A DNA stretch of 64,000 nucleotides, taken from a virus. Its lineage: Duplodnaviria; Caudoviricetes. This document shows, piece by piece, positions 39,584-48,141 of the stretch; position 1 is the stretch's first letter; each line of letters opens with the position of its first letter. Made by a program: the position numbers and the translations under genes. Below the pieces are notes generated by a model that saw only the letters and a list, made by a program, of their open reading frames with translations, was not told where the DNA came from and did not search any database. The stretch spans positions 8,176-72,175 of IMG/VR virus record IMGVR_UViG_3300002026_000124. The stretch is one strand, 5' to 3'.

Positions 39584-40675
39584 ATGAACTCATTTTTAGA
39601 AAAAGTCGATTGGAATGTATTAAATACATATATCGACAATAGCTTAATTATCTCAAACAAGCATCCAGAATATGATATTTGGATTCTTAATTATTCGCCA
39701 AAGGTTCAGTCTAAGAAATTTTGGGATGAATATACTTTGTCATGCCGTGGACTCGTTATTGATGCCGAAGGCAATATCTTAGCACGACCATTTCAAAAAT
39801 TCAAGAACTATGAAGAATATGACCCATCAGAATTCGATTGGTCTCAGGACTTCGATGTGTTTGAAAAAATGGATGGCTCATTAATTATCTTATTTTACTA
39901 CGAACCACGTATGGAATGGATAATTGCGTCAAGGGGTTCTTTCGCATCTGAACAAGCGATTGAAGGAAGAAAAATGATTGAGTCTAATACATATAATCAT
40001 TTAGACGTTAAAGAAACATATTTGTTCGAAATTCTGTATCCAGAAAATCGCATTGTTGTCGATTACGGTAATAGAAGAGAATTAGTATTATTAGGTAGAG
40101 TTAACACTTTAGATGGTTTTGAATTATATTATGACGATTTAGTTTCAATGCATTCAAAATATTTTACCGTTGTAAAGAAATTTAATATTAAGTCTTTCGT
40201 TGAATTAAGAGAATTGATAACTAAGGGTGAAGAAAACAAAGAAGGATTTGTAATTAGGTTTTACAGTGGTTTAAGAATTAAGATGAAATTTGCTGAATAT
40301 GTTAGACTACACGGAATCATAACAAATGTCTCAAATCTAGTTGTTTGGGAACATTTGAGAGACAAATATGAATTTGATGAATTGCTTGATAGAGTACCTG
40401 ACGAGTTTTATCAGTGGCTTAATAAAACAGTAGCAACATTAAATAATGAATTCTACAATATTGAGAGATTGGCGTTGAAGGAATTTATTAGGATTTATTA
40501 TAATGACGACACTGTTATTCGTAAAGATTTTGCAATGGAAGCACAAAAAAGTGCTTATCGTTCAATTTTATTTAAAATTTACGATAAAAATAGTTACGAT
40601 GAAATCATATGGAATATGATAAGACCTGAATATAGTAAACCATTTAAGGATGGTTATGTAGATGAAACTTTATGA
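39584..40675 (+). CDS. RNA ligase 1 (T4 Rnl1-like)
   Basis: CRGLV, EKMDGSL motif I, FEIL, EGFV, IKMKF. Confidence 0.88.
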   Translation: MNSFLEKVDWNVLNTYIDNSLIISNKHPEYDIWILNYSPKVQSKKFWDEYTLSCRGLVIDAEGNILARPFQKFKNYEEYDPSEFDWSQDFDVFEKMDGSLIILFYYEPRMEWIIASRGSFASEQAIEGRKMIESNTYNHLDVKETYLFEILYPENRIVVDYGNRRELVLLGRVNTLDGFELYYDDLVSMHSKYFTVVKKFNIKSFVELRELITKGEENKEGFVIRFYSGLRIKMKFAEYVRLHGIITNVSNLVVWEHLRDKYEFDELLDRVPDEFYQWLNKTVATLNNEFYNIERLALKEFIRIYYNDDTVIRKDFAMEAQKSAYRSILFKIYDKNSYDEIIWNMIRPEYSKPFKDGYVDETL

Positions 40676-41760
40676 AAATGAATGTATTATCTCTCTTTGA
40701 CGGAATGTCATGTGGTCAAATCGCTTTAAACCGAGCAGGGGTTGATTATGGAAACTATTATGCTTCCGAAATCGACCCCTTTGCTATTAAGGTAAGTCAA
40801 CATAATTATCCCAATACCCAACAATTGGGAAACGTGTTGAATGTTAAAAGCCAGGATTTACCTAAAATCGATTTATTAATTGGTGGTAGTCCATGTACCG
40901 GATTTAGTAAAGCTGGAAAACAATTGAATTTCGAAGACCCTCACAGCAAATTATTTTTTCAATTTGTTAGAATATTAAATGAAACCAAGCCAAAGCATTT
41001 TCTTTTAGAAAACGTTAAAATGAAGAAGGAATGGCAAGACGTAATTTCATCGTATCTTGGAGTAGAACCCATTTTAATTAACTCAAATCTAGTTAGTGCA
41101 CAGAATCGCAGTCGATTATATTGGACTAATATAAACATCGATAACGCATTATTAGATAAAGGCATATTAATTAAAGATATTACTGAAGATGGTGGTAATA
41201 TAATATTGGAAGACTTTTATAAAAATAGGGAAATAAGAATCTACGATAAAAAATGCCCGACCCTTAGAAGTGAAAGAAATGGATTAAAGGTCGTTAAAAA
41301 TATTACTTTGTCTTCAATTTTAGAAACTAATGTCAACGATAAAGAGTTTTTATTGACGGAAGAAAGCATCGTCAATAATGATATTGGGAAATTTAGAGAC
41401 AATAAAATTGCCAAACAAGTTATGTTTACCGAAAGGCGAACTGAAGAAGCTAAAGCAATAAGAAGAGAATACCAATCAAAGTATGGAAAAGATTATTGCC
41501 CTAGAAGGGGTAAAGAATTAGTTCCACGCACGGACGATAAAGCCAATTGTTTAACCACAGCATTAACTAAAGAACATATAATATTAGATGAAAATTATGT
41601 TTTCCGTAAACTAACACCATTAGAATGTGAACGCTTGCAAACCGTGCCGGATAACTATACAAATGTGAGTGGCGTTAGTAATACTCAGCGATATAAAATG
41701 CTTGGAAATGGTTGGACAATCGATGTTATAGCATATTTATTATCTAACATTCAATTCTAA
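40672..41760 (+). CDS. DNA (cytosine-5) methyltransferase
   Basis: LSLFDG, GGSPCTGFS, LLENV, Q-R-R motif, RYKMLGNGW. Confidence 0.92.
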   Translation: MKMNVLSLFDGMSCGQIALNRAGVDYGNYYASEIDPFAIKVSQHNYPNTQQLGNVLNVKSQDLPKIDLLIGGSPCTGFSKAGKQLNFEDPHSKLFFQFVRILNETKPKHFLLENVKMKKEWQDVISSYLGVEPILINSNLVSAQNRSRLYWTNINIDNALLDKGILIKDITEDGGNIILEDFYKNREIRIYDKKCPTLRSERNGLKVVKNITLSSILETNVNDKEFLLTEESIVNNDIGKFRDNKIAKQVMFTERRTEEAKAIRREYQSKYGKDYCPRRGKELVPRTDDKANCLTTALTKEHIILDENYVFRKLTPLECERLQTVPDNYTNVSGVSNTQRYKMLGNGWTIDVIAYLLSNIQF

Positions 41761-41840
41761 TTTTTACCCTATTTAGAATGATTAAGTTTAGTTAATCGTA
41801 TAGTTTTTTGTATTTATAAGTACAAAAAACTATATAAATT

Positions 41841-43457
41841 ATGATACAAAAAACAAACACAGTTGCAAGTTGCACGTACACCTCTTCAGGTGACTATTCT
41901 ACTTACACGAAAAACAAAGCGTTCGATGGCAATTCTACTACTTATTGGGTCTCATTAAGTACCACTTCACCTAAAACTATTGGGATAACATTCCCATCAG
42001 TAAAGAAAATGGAATACTATGGAATAAAAATTAAGGACACTGCAAATTATTCTATTGAAGAAAATGCACCAGTATCGTGGACATTACAAGTATTGGAAGG
42101 TGGTTCATGGTATACAATACACGAAGTAGTTGATTATTCAGGATTCGTGAGCAATGTAGAATCATTATTCCCAATTCCTGCTTTATCTACGCATAAAAAT
42201 TATCAATTAGTAATCACCAAACAAAAGGGTTTAAGTAATCAAGTTATGATAACTGAAATTATTCTTTATGCTGATATGGATAAAATTGATACAAGTATTA
42301 ATGCCGTTTATTCTTCAAGCGGGGATTTTAGTGCAATATATAAAAAAGATTATGTTTTTGACAACTTTGTAACCCAAAATCAATGGGTATCTAGTTCATC
42401 TAGCACAAAATGGATACAGGTTGATTTAACTAAAGGAGTATTTCCTACAACGCTTGGTTATAGAGTAACTCGTTATGGAATTCTCCCAGGGAATGTTATT
42501 GAATATTTAGACCGTGCTCCAAAATCTTGGATATTGGAAGGTTATGTTGGTGGTGCTTGGGTTAAACTTGATGAAGTTACTGGATTTGATTCAGAAGATT
42601 TTGCAGATGATACTGAAGAACAATTTATAGTTGGTAATCCTAAGTTTGCAACTAAATATAGATTAACCATTACAGAAACTAACGGTGCTCCTGTAGTAAG
42701 TTTAAGAGCATTTACATTATATGAACAACCAAATTTTGGCAATTTAGTTGGCGTTGGTAATGCAATTGTTAGTGGAATACCAAAACCTTTAATTTGTTGG
42801 ATGCCAGAAACTCAACTTACATATACAACATTACAGGTAATTAGAAAAGTATATAGTAATGAAACAGTTATTGCTACATTCCCTTATGCAGATAGAATGA
42901 AAGTTAAATCCTTTATTGACTCAACATATACCAATAATGGTCAAACATATCCTGCTACGTATTGGATTAAATTACTTGGATGCTCTGATGGACAAACACA
43001 TGAAAGTATTCGTATTGAACCAAGCAGAATTGTTTCAACACCTACGTTCAATGGTACTGATTATATTTATACAGTTAGTTCTCCAATTCTTTATTCAATT
43101 GGTGGTATTGAAATACATAATAGATTTAATAATGTTCAAAGTGTTACACTTATAAGTGGTTCAACAACGATGAATTCATCTGGGTCAACACAAATTTATG
43201 GAAGTACTACCGTAAAAACTTCAAATGATAAGAAATCTTCATCAACAAGTACTGTTAGCTCAAAATCAAACATACCTGTAGATAAGTTAGCTGCGAGTAC
43301 ACATAATACTTCAAGGTCGAATAGACAATCCACTACTGTTAGTACACATAATACTTCAAGGTCGAATAGACAGTCAACTACTGTTAGTTCAAGCCATGCT
43401 CCAAGAGGTCCTTATGTACACAGTCTCTCAAACTTAGAAGATAATAGATTAGAATAA
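41841..43457 (+). CDS. discoidin (F5/8 type C) domain virion protein
   Basis: Two AFDG...W / P-x-SW-x-L domains; Ser/Thr-rich tail; late motif 41810-41817. Confidence 0.75.
   Translation: MIQKTNTVASCTYTSSGDYSTYTKNKAFDGNSTTYWVSLSTTSPKTIGITFPSVKKMEYYGIKIKDTANYSIEENAPVSWTLQVLEGGSWYTIHEVVDYSGFVSNVESLFPIPALSTHKNYQLVITKQKGLSNQVMITEIILYADMDKIDTSINAVYSSSGDFSAIYKKDYVFDNFVTQNQWVSSSSSTKWIQVDLTKGVFPTTLGYRVTRYGILPGNVIEYLDRAPKSWILEGYVGGAWVKLDEVTGFDSEDFADDTEEQFIVGNPKFATKYRLTITETNGAPVVSLRAFTLYEQPNFGNLVGVGNAIVSGIPKPLICWMPETQLTYTTLQVIRKVYSNETVIATFPYADRMKVKSFIDSTYTNNGQTYPATYWIKLLGCSDGQTHESIRIEPSRIVSTPTFNGTDYIYTVSSPILYSIGGIEIHNRFNNVQSVTLISGSTTMNSSGSTQIYGSTTVKTSNDKKSSSTSTVSSKSNIPVDKLAASTHNTSRSNRQSTTVSTHNTSRSNRQSTTVSSSHAPRGPYVHSLSNLEDNRLE
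43296..43385 (+). repeat. 45-nt in-frame tandem duplication
   Basis: STHNTSRSNRQSTTV twice. Confidence 0.9.
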
Positions 43458-43607
43458 ACTAAGTTAATTAAATAAAATGGGAAGCATGCTTCCCATTTTT
43501 TATTTAATTAAAAATAATTACAAGTTTTTGTAACATTTACTTGTTTTATTCGTATTTATGTCTTTACTTTGCACTCAGAAATCAAAACATATTAAAAAAT
43601 TAAAGCA

Positions 43608-43700
43608 ATGAAAATTTTTGGCACATATTATTACGGTAAAAAATCTTATAAGAAACATCTTACGAGAATCGGGAATGTTATGTCCAAAAAGCAAAAATAA
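43608..43700 (+). CDS. attenuator leader peptide 3 (Tyr/Lys)
   Basis: MKIFGTYYYGKKSYKKHLTRIGNVMSKKQK*. Confidence 0.85.
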   Translation: MKIFGTYYYGKKSYKKHLTRIGNVMSKKQK

Positions 43701-43726
43701 GCAATGATTTTTGCATAAAGCACAGA

Positions 43727-43755
43727 GACCCGATTCGAAAGATTCGGGTTTTTTT
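43727..43755 (+). terminator. attenuator terminator 3
   Basis: ACCCGATTC-GAAA-GATTCGGGT plus T-run; competing GAATCGGG at 43666-43673. Confidence 0.85.
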
Positions 43756-43762
43756 GTTTTTA

Positions 43763-43836
43763 GACCTCTTAGCTCAATTGGTAGATGCACCACCCTTTTA
43801 AGGTGGGGGTTCTGGGTTCAAGTCCCAGAGGGGTCA
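43763..43836 (+). tRNA. tRNA-Lys(TTT)
   Basis: CCACC-CTTTTAA-GGTGG. Confidence 0.88.
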
Positions 43837-43841
43837 CAAAT

Positions 43842-43931
43842 GAGAGTACGGCAACGAGTGGTGTTGCGCAGAGGCGCATAATCTCTGTCCCAGTGGGGTG
43901 AACATAGGTGGTTCGAATCCATCTGCTCTCA
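43842..43931 (+). tRNA. tRNA(CAT) with long variable arm and G33
   Basis: AGAGG-CGCATAA-TCTCT; about 20-nt variable region. Confidence 0.7.
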
Positions 43932-43936
43932 CAAAT

Positions 43937-44017
43937 GCCAGTATTGAACAGGTGGTGAGTTTAAGACTCTGTAAAAGTCTCGCTTCGGCTGTGTAGGTTC
44001 GATTCCTGCTGCTGGCA
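43937..44017 (+). tRNA. tRNA-Tyr(GTA)
   Basis: AGACT-CTGTAAA-AGTCT. Confidence 0.88.
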
Positions 44018-44071
44018 CTTACGGTAGAGTTTAGGCAATTTCTGTACCCAACGTAACTGAAATATCCATAC

Positions 44072-44142
44072 GCACCCGTAGCAAAGGGGATATGCCTCTG
44101 GCTTTTAACCAGATGACACAGGTTCGATTCCTGTCGGGTGCA
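44072..44142 (+). tRNA. tRNA-Lys(TTT)
   Basis: TCTGG-CTTTTAA-CCAGA. Confidence 0.88.
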
Positions 44143-44197
44143 CTTTTAGGGTTTTTTACTACTTTTTAAGTCCAATGTCCCAATAAAAAGTAGACAA

Positions 44198-44282
44198 GTA
44201 TTCGTAGCAAAGTGGTTATGCTCCTGCCTTTTAAGCAGAGTGTCTAAACAACACAACGTGGGTTCGATTCCCACCGAATACA
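44198..44282 (+). tRNA. tRNA-Lys(TTT) with long variable arm
   Basis: CTGC-CTTTTAA-GCAG; variable hairpin GTGT-CTAAACA-ACAC. Confidence 0.82.
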
Positions 44283-44287
44283 CAAAT

Positions 44288-44370
44288 GGACAGGTGGGTG
44301 AGTGGTTAAAACCGCCAGACTGTAAATCTGGTAGCTTCGGCTTTCGGGGGTTCGAATCCCTCCCTGTCCA
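44288..44370 (+). tRNA. tRNA-Tyr(GTA)
   Basis: CCAGA-CTGTAAA-TCTGG. Confidence 0.93.
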
Positions 44371-44383
44371 CAAATATATGATT

Positions 44384-44620
44384 ATGGAAACACTAAAAGA
44401 AATTGTGAATGGAACTATGGCTAAACTAAGCCATATATGCAATGGTAAAGCGTATTATAGAATTGATAATGAGAATCATTCTTATCAACTTGAAATTAAT
44501 TGCAATGATGCTGAATGGAAAGATGTGTATATCTATCCTGAAATCAAAGCAATTACATTAATGAGGTGGATACGCAAGGGTATTGAAAAACAGGATGACA
44601 CATTCATCGTGTTGAAATAG
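44384..44620 (+). CDS. hypothetical protein
   Basis: Start reassigned to METLKEIV. Confidence 0.55.
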   Translation: METLKEIVNGTMAKLSHICNGKAYYRIDNENHSYQLEINCNDAEWKDVYIYPEIKAITLMRWIRKGIEKQDDTFIVLK

Positions 44621-44626
44621 GCTCAA

Positions 44627-44698
44627 GCACTCGTGGCAGAATGGCGATGCTACTCCCTCTTAAGGAGACCAATAGGGGTTCGATTCCCTTCGGGTGCA
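44627..44698 (+). tRNA. tRNA-Lys(CTT)
   Basis: CTCC-CTCTTAA-GGAG. Confidence 0.85.
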
Positions 44699-44703
44699 CA
44701 ATT

Positions 44704-45210
44704 TTATTCTACAAAGTCTTCGTAATACCGAATCAATTGGTTCTCGGTTTCAAAGTACCTGATTTTATCATTATCTGGTGTATAATTAACCATTTCTCTG
44801 CCTTTAATTACTAATCCATCATATCCTAATCTTAACATTTCATCATTAACATTTGTGTTTGTATCAAAATCTCTTTTCGCATCAAAATAATCGTCAATTC
44901 CCTTTTCTCTACCATAATTCATCGCAAGTCGTTGTATAAACATTTCAGCATCATTCAAAGTATTAACAATTTTTGGATGTTTCGGTATTGCTCCGACAAC
45001 AAAATATACTTTACCATACTTTCTTGCTAATCCACGATTACTTAATGCTGCGGTATATAGACCCTGACCAAATGAAGCCATTCCATTATTTTCTTTACCT
45101 AATTCTTGGACACCTCTAATAGTTACATTTTGTCTTTTCCACCTGAGATATTCAGATTGATTAAAATTATTGATTTCCTCATTAATAATTTTAGCGATAT
45201 TATCATTCAT
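44704..45210 (-). CDS. putative ADP-ribosyltransferase-like protein with INEEI leader
   Basis: R...GQGLY...A-x-x-YG...GYDG...E pattern resembles ART-fold domains; inference. Confidence 0.4.
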   Translation of the reverse strand: MNDNIAKIINEEINNFNQSEYLRWKRQNVTIRGVQELGKENNGMASFGQGLYTAALSNRGLARKYGKVYFVVGAIPKHPKIVNTLNDAEMFIQRLAMNYGREKGIDDYFDAKRDFDTNTNVNDEMLRLGYDGLVIKGREMVNYTPDNDKIRYFETENQLIRYYEDFVE

Positions 45211-45388
45211 TGATATTACTTTTCAATAAATACATTCTAAATACAATCAATTATAGTTTTTATTTAGATTATTATAATATGTTTAATAGCATGTTTTAGA
45301 ATTATTTATTGATTTTTTTTGGCGGTTTAAATTATTTACCATAATTTTGTCTTCGAATTCAAGTACAAAACTTGGATTATATAAATAT

Positions 45389-47041
45389 ATGATAAATAAA
45401 ACTCCGGGCGAAATTGCTGAAGTACAGTACGCAATCGCCACAGACGAACATCTTTATGATGTTACCCCAAATCCCCGTTATTTAGAATCTCTTCGTGACA
45501 CTGGTTACGACAATTATCAGGCAATTGCCGATATTGTTGACAACTCAGTTGATGCTATCGTTTCTATGGATAGCAATCCAAATCCATTCATTAAAATTCT
45601 CACTAAATTTTCCGATAAAGGAAAGGGTAGAATTTTAATCATCGACAATGGTAGTGGTATGGTTAAAGAAACACTTATTGAAGCATTAAAACTTGGTTCG
45701 GAAACCCACAAAGAACGTGAAACTGAATTAGGATTTTTTGGTGTTGGTTTAAATGCTGCAACCGTTTCAATGGGTCGTGGTTTTAAAGTGATTACCAAAC
45801 ACGCTGACGATACCTATCTTACCGGTATATTCGATTTGGACAGAGCCATTAAAGAGGAATCTTGGAAATTTGTTTCCATTGAAGAATCTGACGATGACGA
45901 CATTAAGTCATTTGTGAAATTAACGAATGATGCACCAACGGGAACAATTATTGAGATTTATAGTCTCGACAGAATTTCGAATCATCAGAAATCTCAGTTC
46001 GATGAAATTCTTTTAAAAACAATTGGAAGAGTTTATCGTTATTTCATTAGCGAAAATAGTAATGGAAATAACAGCGATGGGAAAATTGCTTTTTATTTGA
46101 ATGATAAAAGAATCAGAAAAATCGACCAAATGGGTAGAGAATTGAAGGGGACAAAACTCCTTAACGAAAATCAACCCGAACAAAAATATCAATTCAATAT
46201 CGATGGGGAATTGATTGAGGTTATTGTAAAATATTATTATGTTGACAGTGAAATTGAAACTGTCTATCCTTCCGAAAAACTCAATGGTAGGTCTAATGGT
46301 TTTTACGTTATGCGTAATGAACGTCAAATTATGGAAGCCGAAAGACTTGACTTTTCAGGTATTGATAAATCATCGGGTCACCATACCAATTTCCGTGCAG
46401 AAATTCTTTTCGATGGTAAATTTGACCATATCTTCAAAACAAATGTAATGAAGAATAGGATTATTATGCCACAGCAATTAACGGATAAAATGCAGTCGGA
46501 TGTCAGCAATTACGTTAAATATGCTAAAGAGGAAAGGGAAAAGAATGCTCCGATAAACGAAGATGTTGACGAAAATGTGAAAAAAGATGTTGAAAGCATC
46601 GTTAACAGTAAAAACAAATCTTTAAGCACCCCAACTCTTTTAAGAGATAAGAAAGGCAATCTTATTAAAAAGGAGGAAGTAATTACCGATGCTCCGGAAG
46701 AAAACGATGTAAAAAGAGACCGTAAAAAGGAAGAAAATCCTAGGAAACCGAAAACGAAATATAAAATCGATGTCGATTTCGTCCACAATGGTGAAAGCGG
46801 TTCGTTTTACGTTCCTCGTCATATGGGTGGTGGTAAATATTTACTTCGCATTAACCTTGACCACGGATTCTACACTGAATTTGAAAAATTAAACCGTCAG
46901 GGTAGAGAATTCATCATCAATTTACTTCACTCATATGCACTCGCAGCTCACAGCGAGATATATAGCGAAGATTTAGATACAATTGACGAACTAATCAATA
47001 CTTGGAGTAATTTCCTACGTAGAGATTTAAAGAACAATTAA
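45389..47041 (+). CDS. GHKL (MORC/HSP90-like) ATPase
   Basis: AIADIVDNSVDA, IIDNGSGM, GFFGVGL. Confidence 0.85.
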   Translation: MINKTPGEIAEVQYAIATDEHLYDVTPNPRYLESLRDTGYDNYQAIADIVDNSVDAIVSMDSNPNPFIKILTKFSDKGKGRILIIDNGSGMVKETLIEALKLGSETHKERETELGFFGVGLNAATVSMGRGFKVITKHADDTYLTGIFDLDRAIKEESWKFVSIEESDDDDIKSFVKLTNDAPTGTIIEIYSLDRISNHQKSQFDEILLKTIGRVYRYFISENSNGNNSDGKIAFYLNDKRIRKIDQMGRELKGTKLLNENQPEQKYQFNIDGELIEVIVKYYYVDSEIETVYPSEKLNGRSNGFYVMRNERQIMEAERLDFSGIDKSSGHHTNFRAEILFDGKFDHIFKTNVMKNRIIMPQQLTDKMQSDVSNYVKYAKEEREKNAPINEDVDENVKKDVESIVNSKNKSLSTPTLLRDKKGNLIKKEEVITDAPEENDVKRDRKKEENPRKPKTKYKIDVDFVHNGESGSFYVPRHMGGGKYLLRINLDHGFYTEFEKLNRQGREFIINLLHSYALAAHSEIYSEDLDTIDELINTWSNFLRRDLKNN

Positions 47042-47166
47042 ATTCCGATAATCAATAAGAAGCCGAGAAAATATCTCGGCTTTTTTATTTAAAATCACTA
47101 TTGCATTTTAATTTTAATTAATTTATATTTGCTAAAAATAACTTTAAAGCATAAGCAATATGAAAA

Positions 47167-47925
47167 ATGACTAATAAAAAAAGGAAGGTAACTACTACTG
47201 TTACGACAACTGTTACCGAAGAAATTATTAAAATAACCTCAAACGAAAAAACTCACATTATCTGTATTTTAGACCAAAGTGGTTCGATGTCAAATATTAT
47301 GTCGGACAGTATTGGTGGTTTCAATGCATTCCTTAAAAAGCAAAAAGAATTACCTGATGAAGCAACTATTACCGTTGCATTATTTGATGATAAATATAAA
47401 CTGCTTTATGATAATATTGATATTAAAAAAGCAGAAGAACTTACAAGTGCAGTTTGGTATCCACAGGGGATGACAGCACTTTATGATGCGATTGGTAAAA
47501 CAATCAATGTCGAGAAAAGAAATTTTGAAATACTTGGAAACGAAGCACCTGCAAAAGTATTGTGTGTTATTGTAACCGATGGTGAAGAAAATAGTAGTAA
47601 AGAATATAAATTAGAAGATGTTAAAAAATTAATTAAATCTTGTGAAAAAGATAACTGGAACTTCATGTATTTAGCTGCGAATCAAGATGCGTTTGCTGTT
47701 GGAACAAGTTTTGGTGTAAGTGCTGGAAATACATTTAATTATACTGCAAGTGCTGCTGGTGTTGCAAATATGTCAGCGACACTGAATAATGCGAGTGTAA
47801 GCTATAGGTCAATGAGTAGCACATCAGATAATTTTCAGAAATTGTCTAAGAAATTAATTGATGATAAGGACGATGATGTAATAAAAGATGTTATCACGAC
47901 AAGTGGTACATTCACAATTAAATAA
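47167..47925 (+). CDS. von Willebrand factor A domain protein
   Basis: ILDQSGSM MIDAS, TALYDAIG, VTDGEEN. Confidence 0.88.
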   Translation: MTNKKRKVTTTVTTTVTEEIIKITSNEKTHIICILDQSGSMSNIMSDSIGGFNAFLKKQKELPDEATITVALFDDKYKLLYDNIDIKKAEELTSAVWYPQGMTALYDAIGKTINVEKRNFEILGNEAPAKVLCVIVTDGEENSSKEYKLEDVKKLIKSCEKDNWNFMYLAANQDAFAVGTSFGVSAGNTFNYTASAAGVANMSATLNNASVSYRSMSSTSDNFQKLSKKLIDDKDDDVIKDVITTSGTFTIK

Positions 47926-48141
47926 ATTTTTCTGTTTTGTTTCTATTTTGTTTTTTGGGGGGGTGTTGACAAACACCCCTTTTTTATTGATTAAAATTTT
48001 TTATAATTTAGCTAAAAGTTTGTTACATAATTACTTAAAATTTATTTAATTATTTTTCCGAAAATTTCTCAAAGTCGTTGTATTTATTATGGCAAATGAA
48101 TATATTTGTATCTATAATTTTACGAAATCTTAAATTTTATT

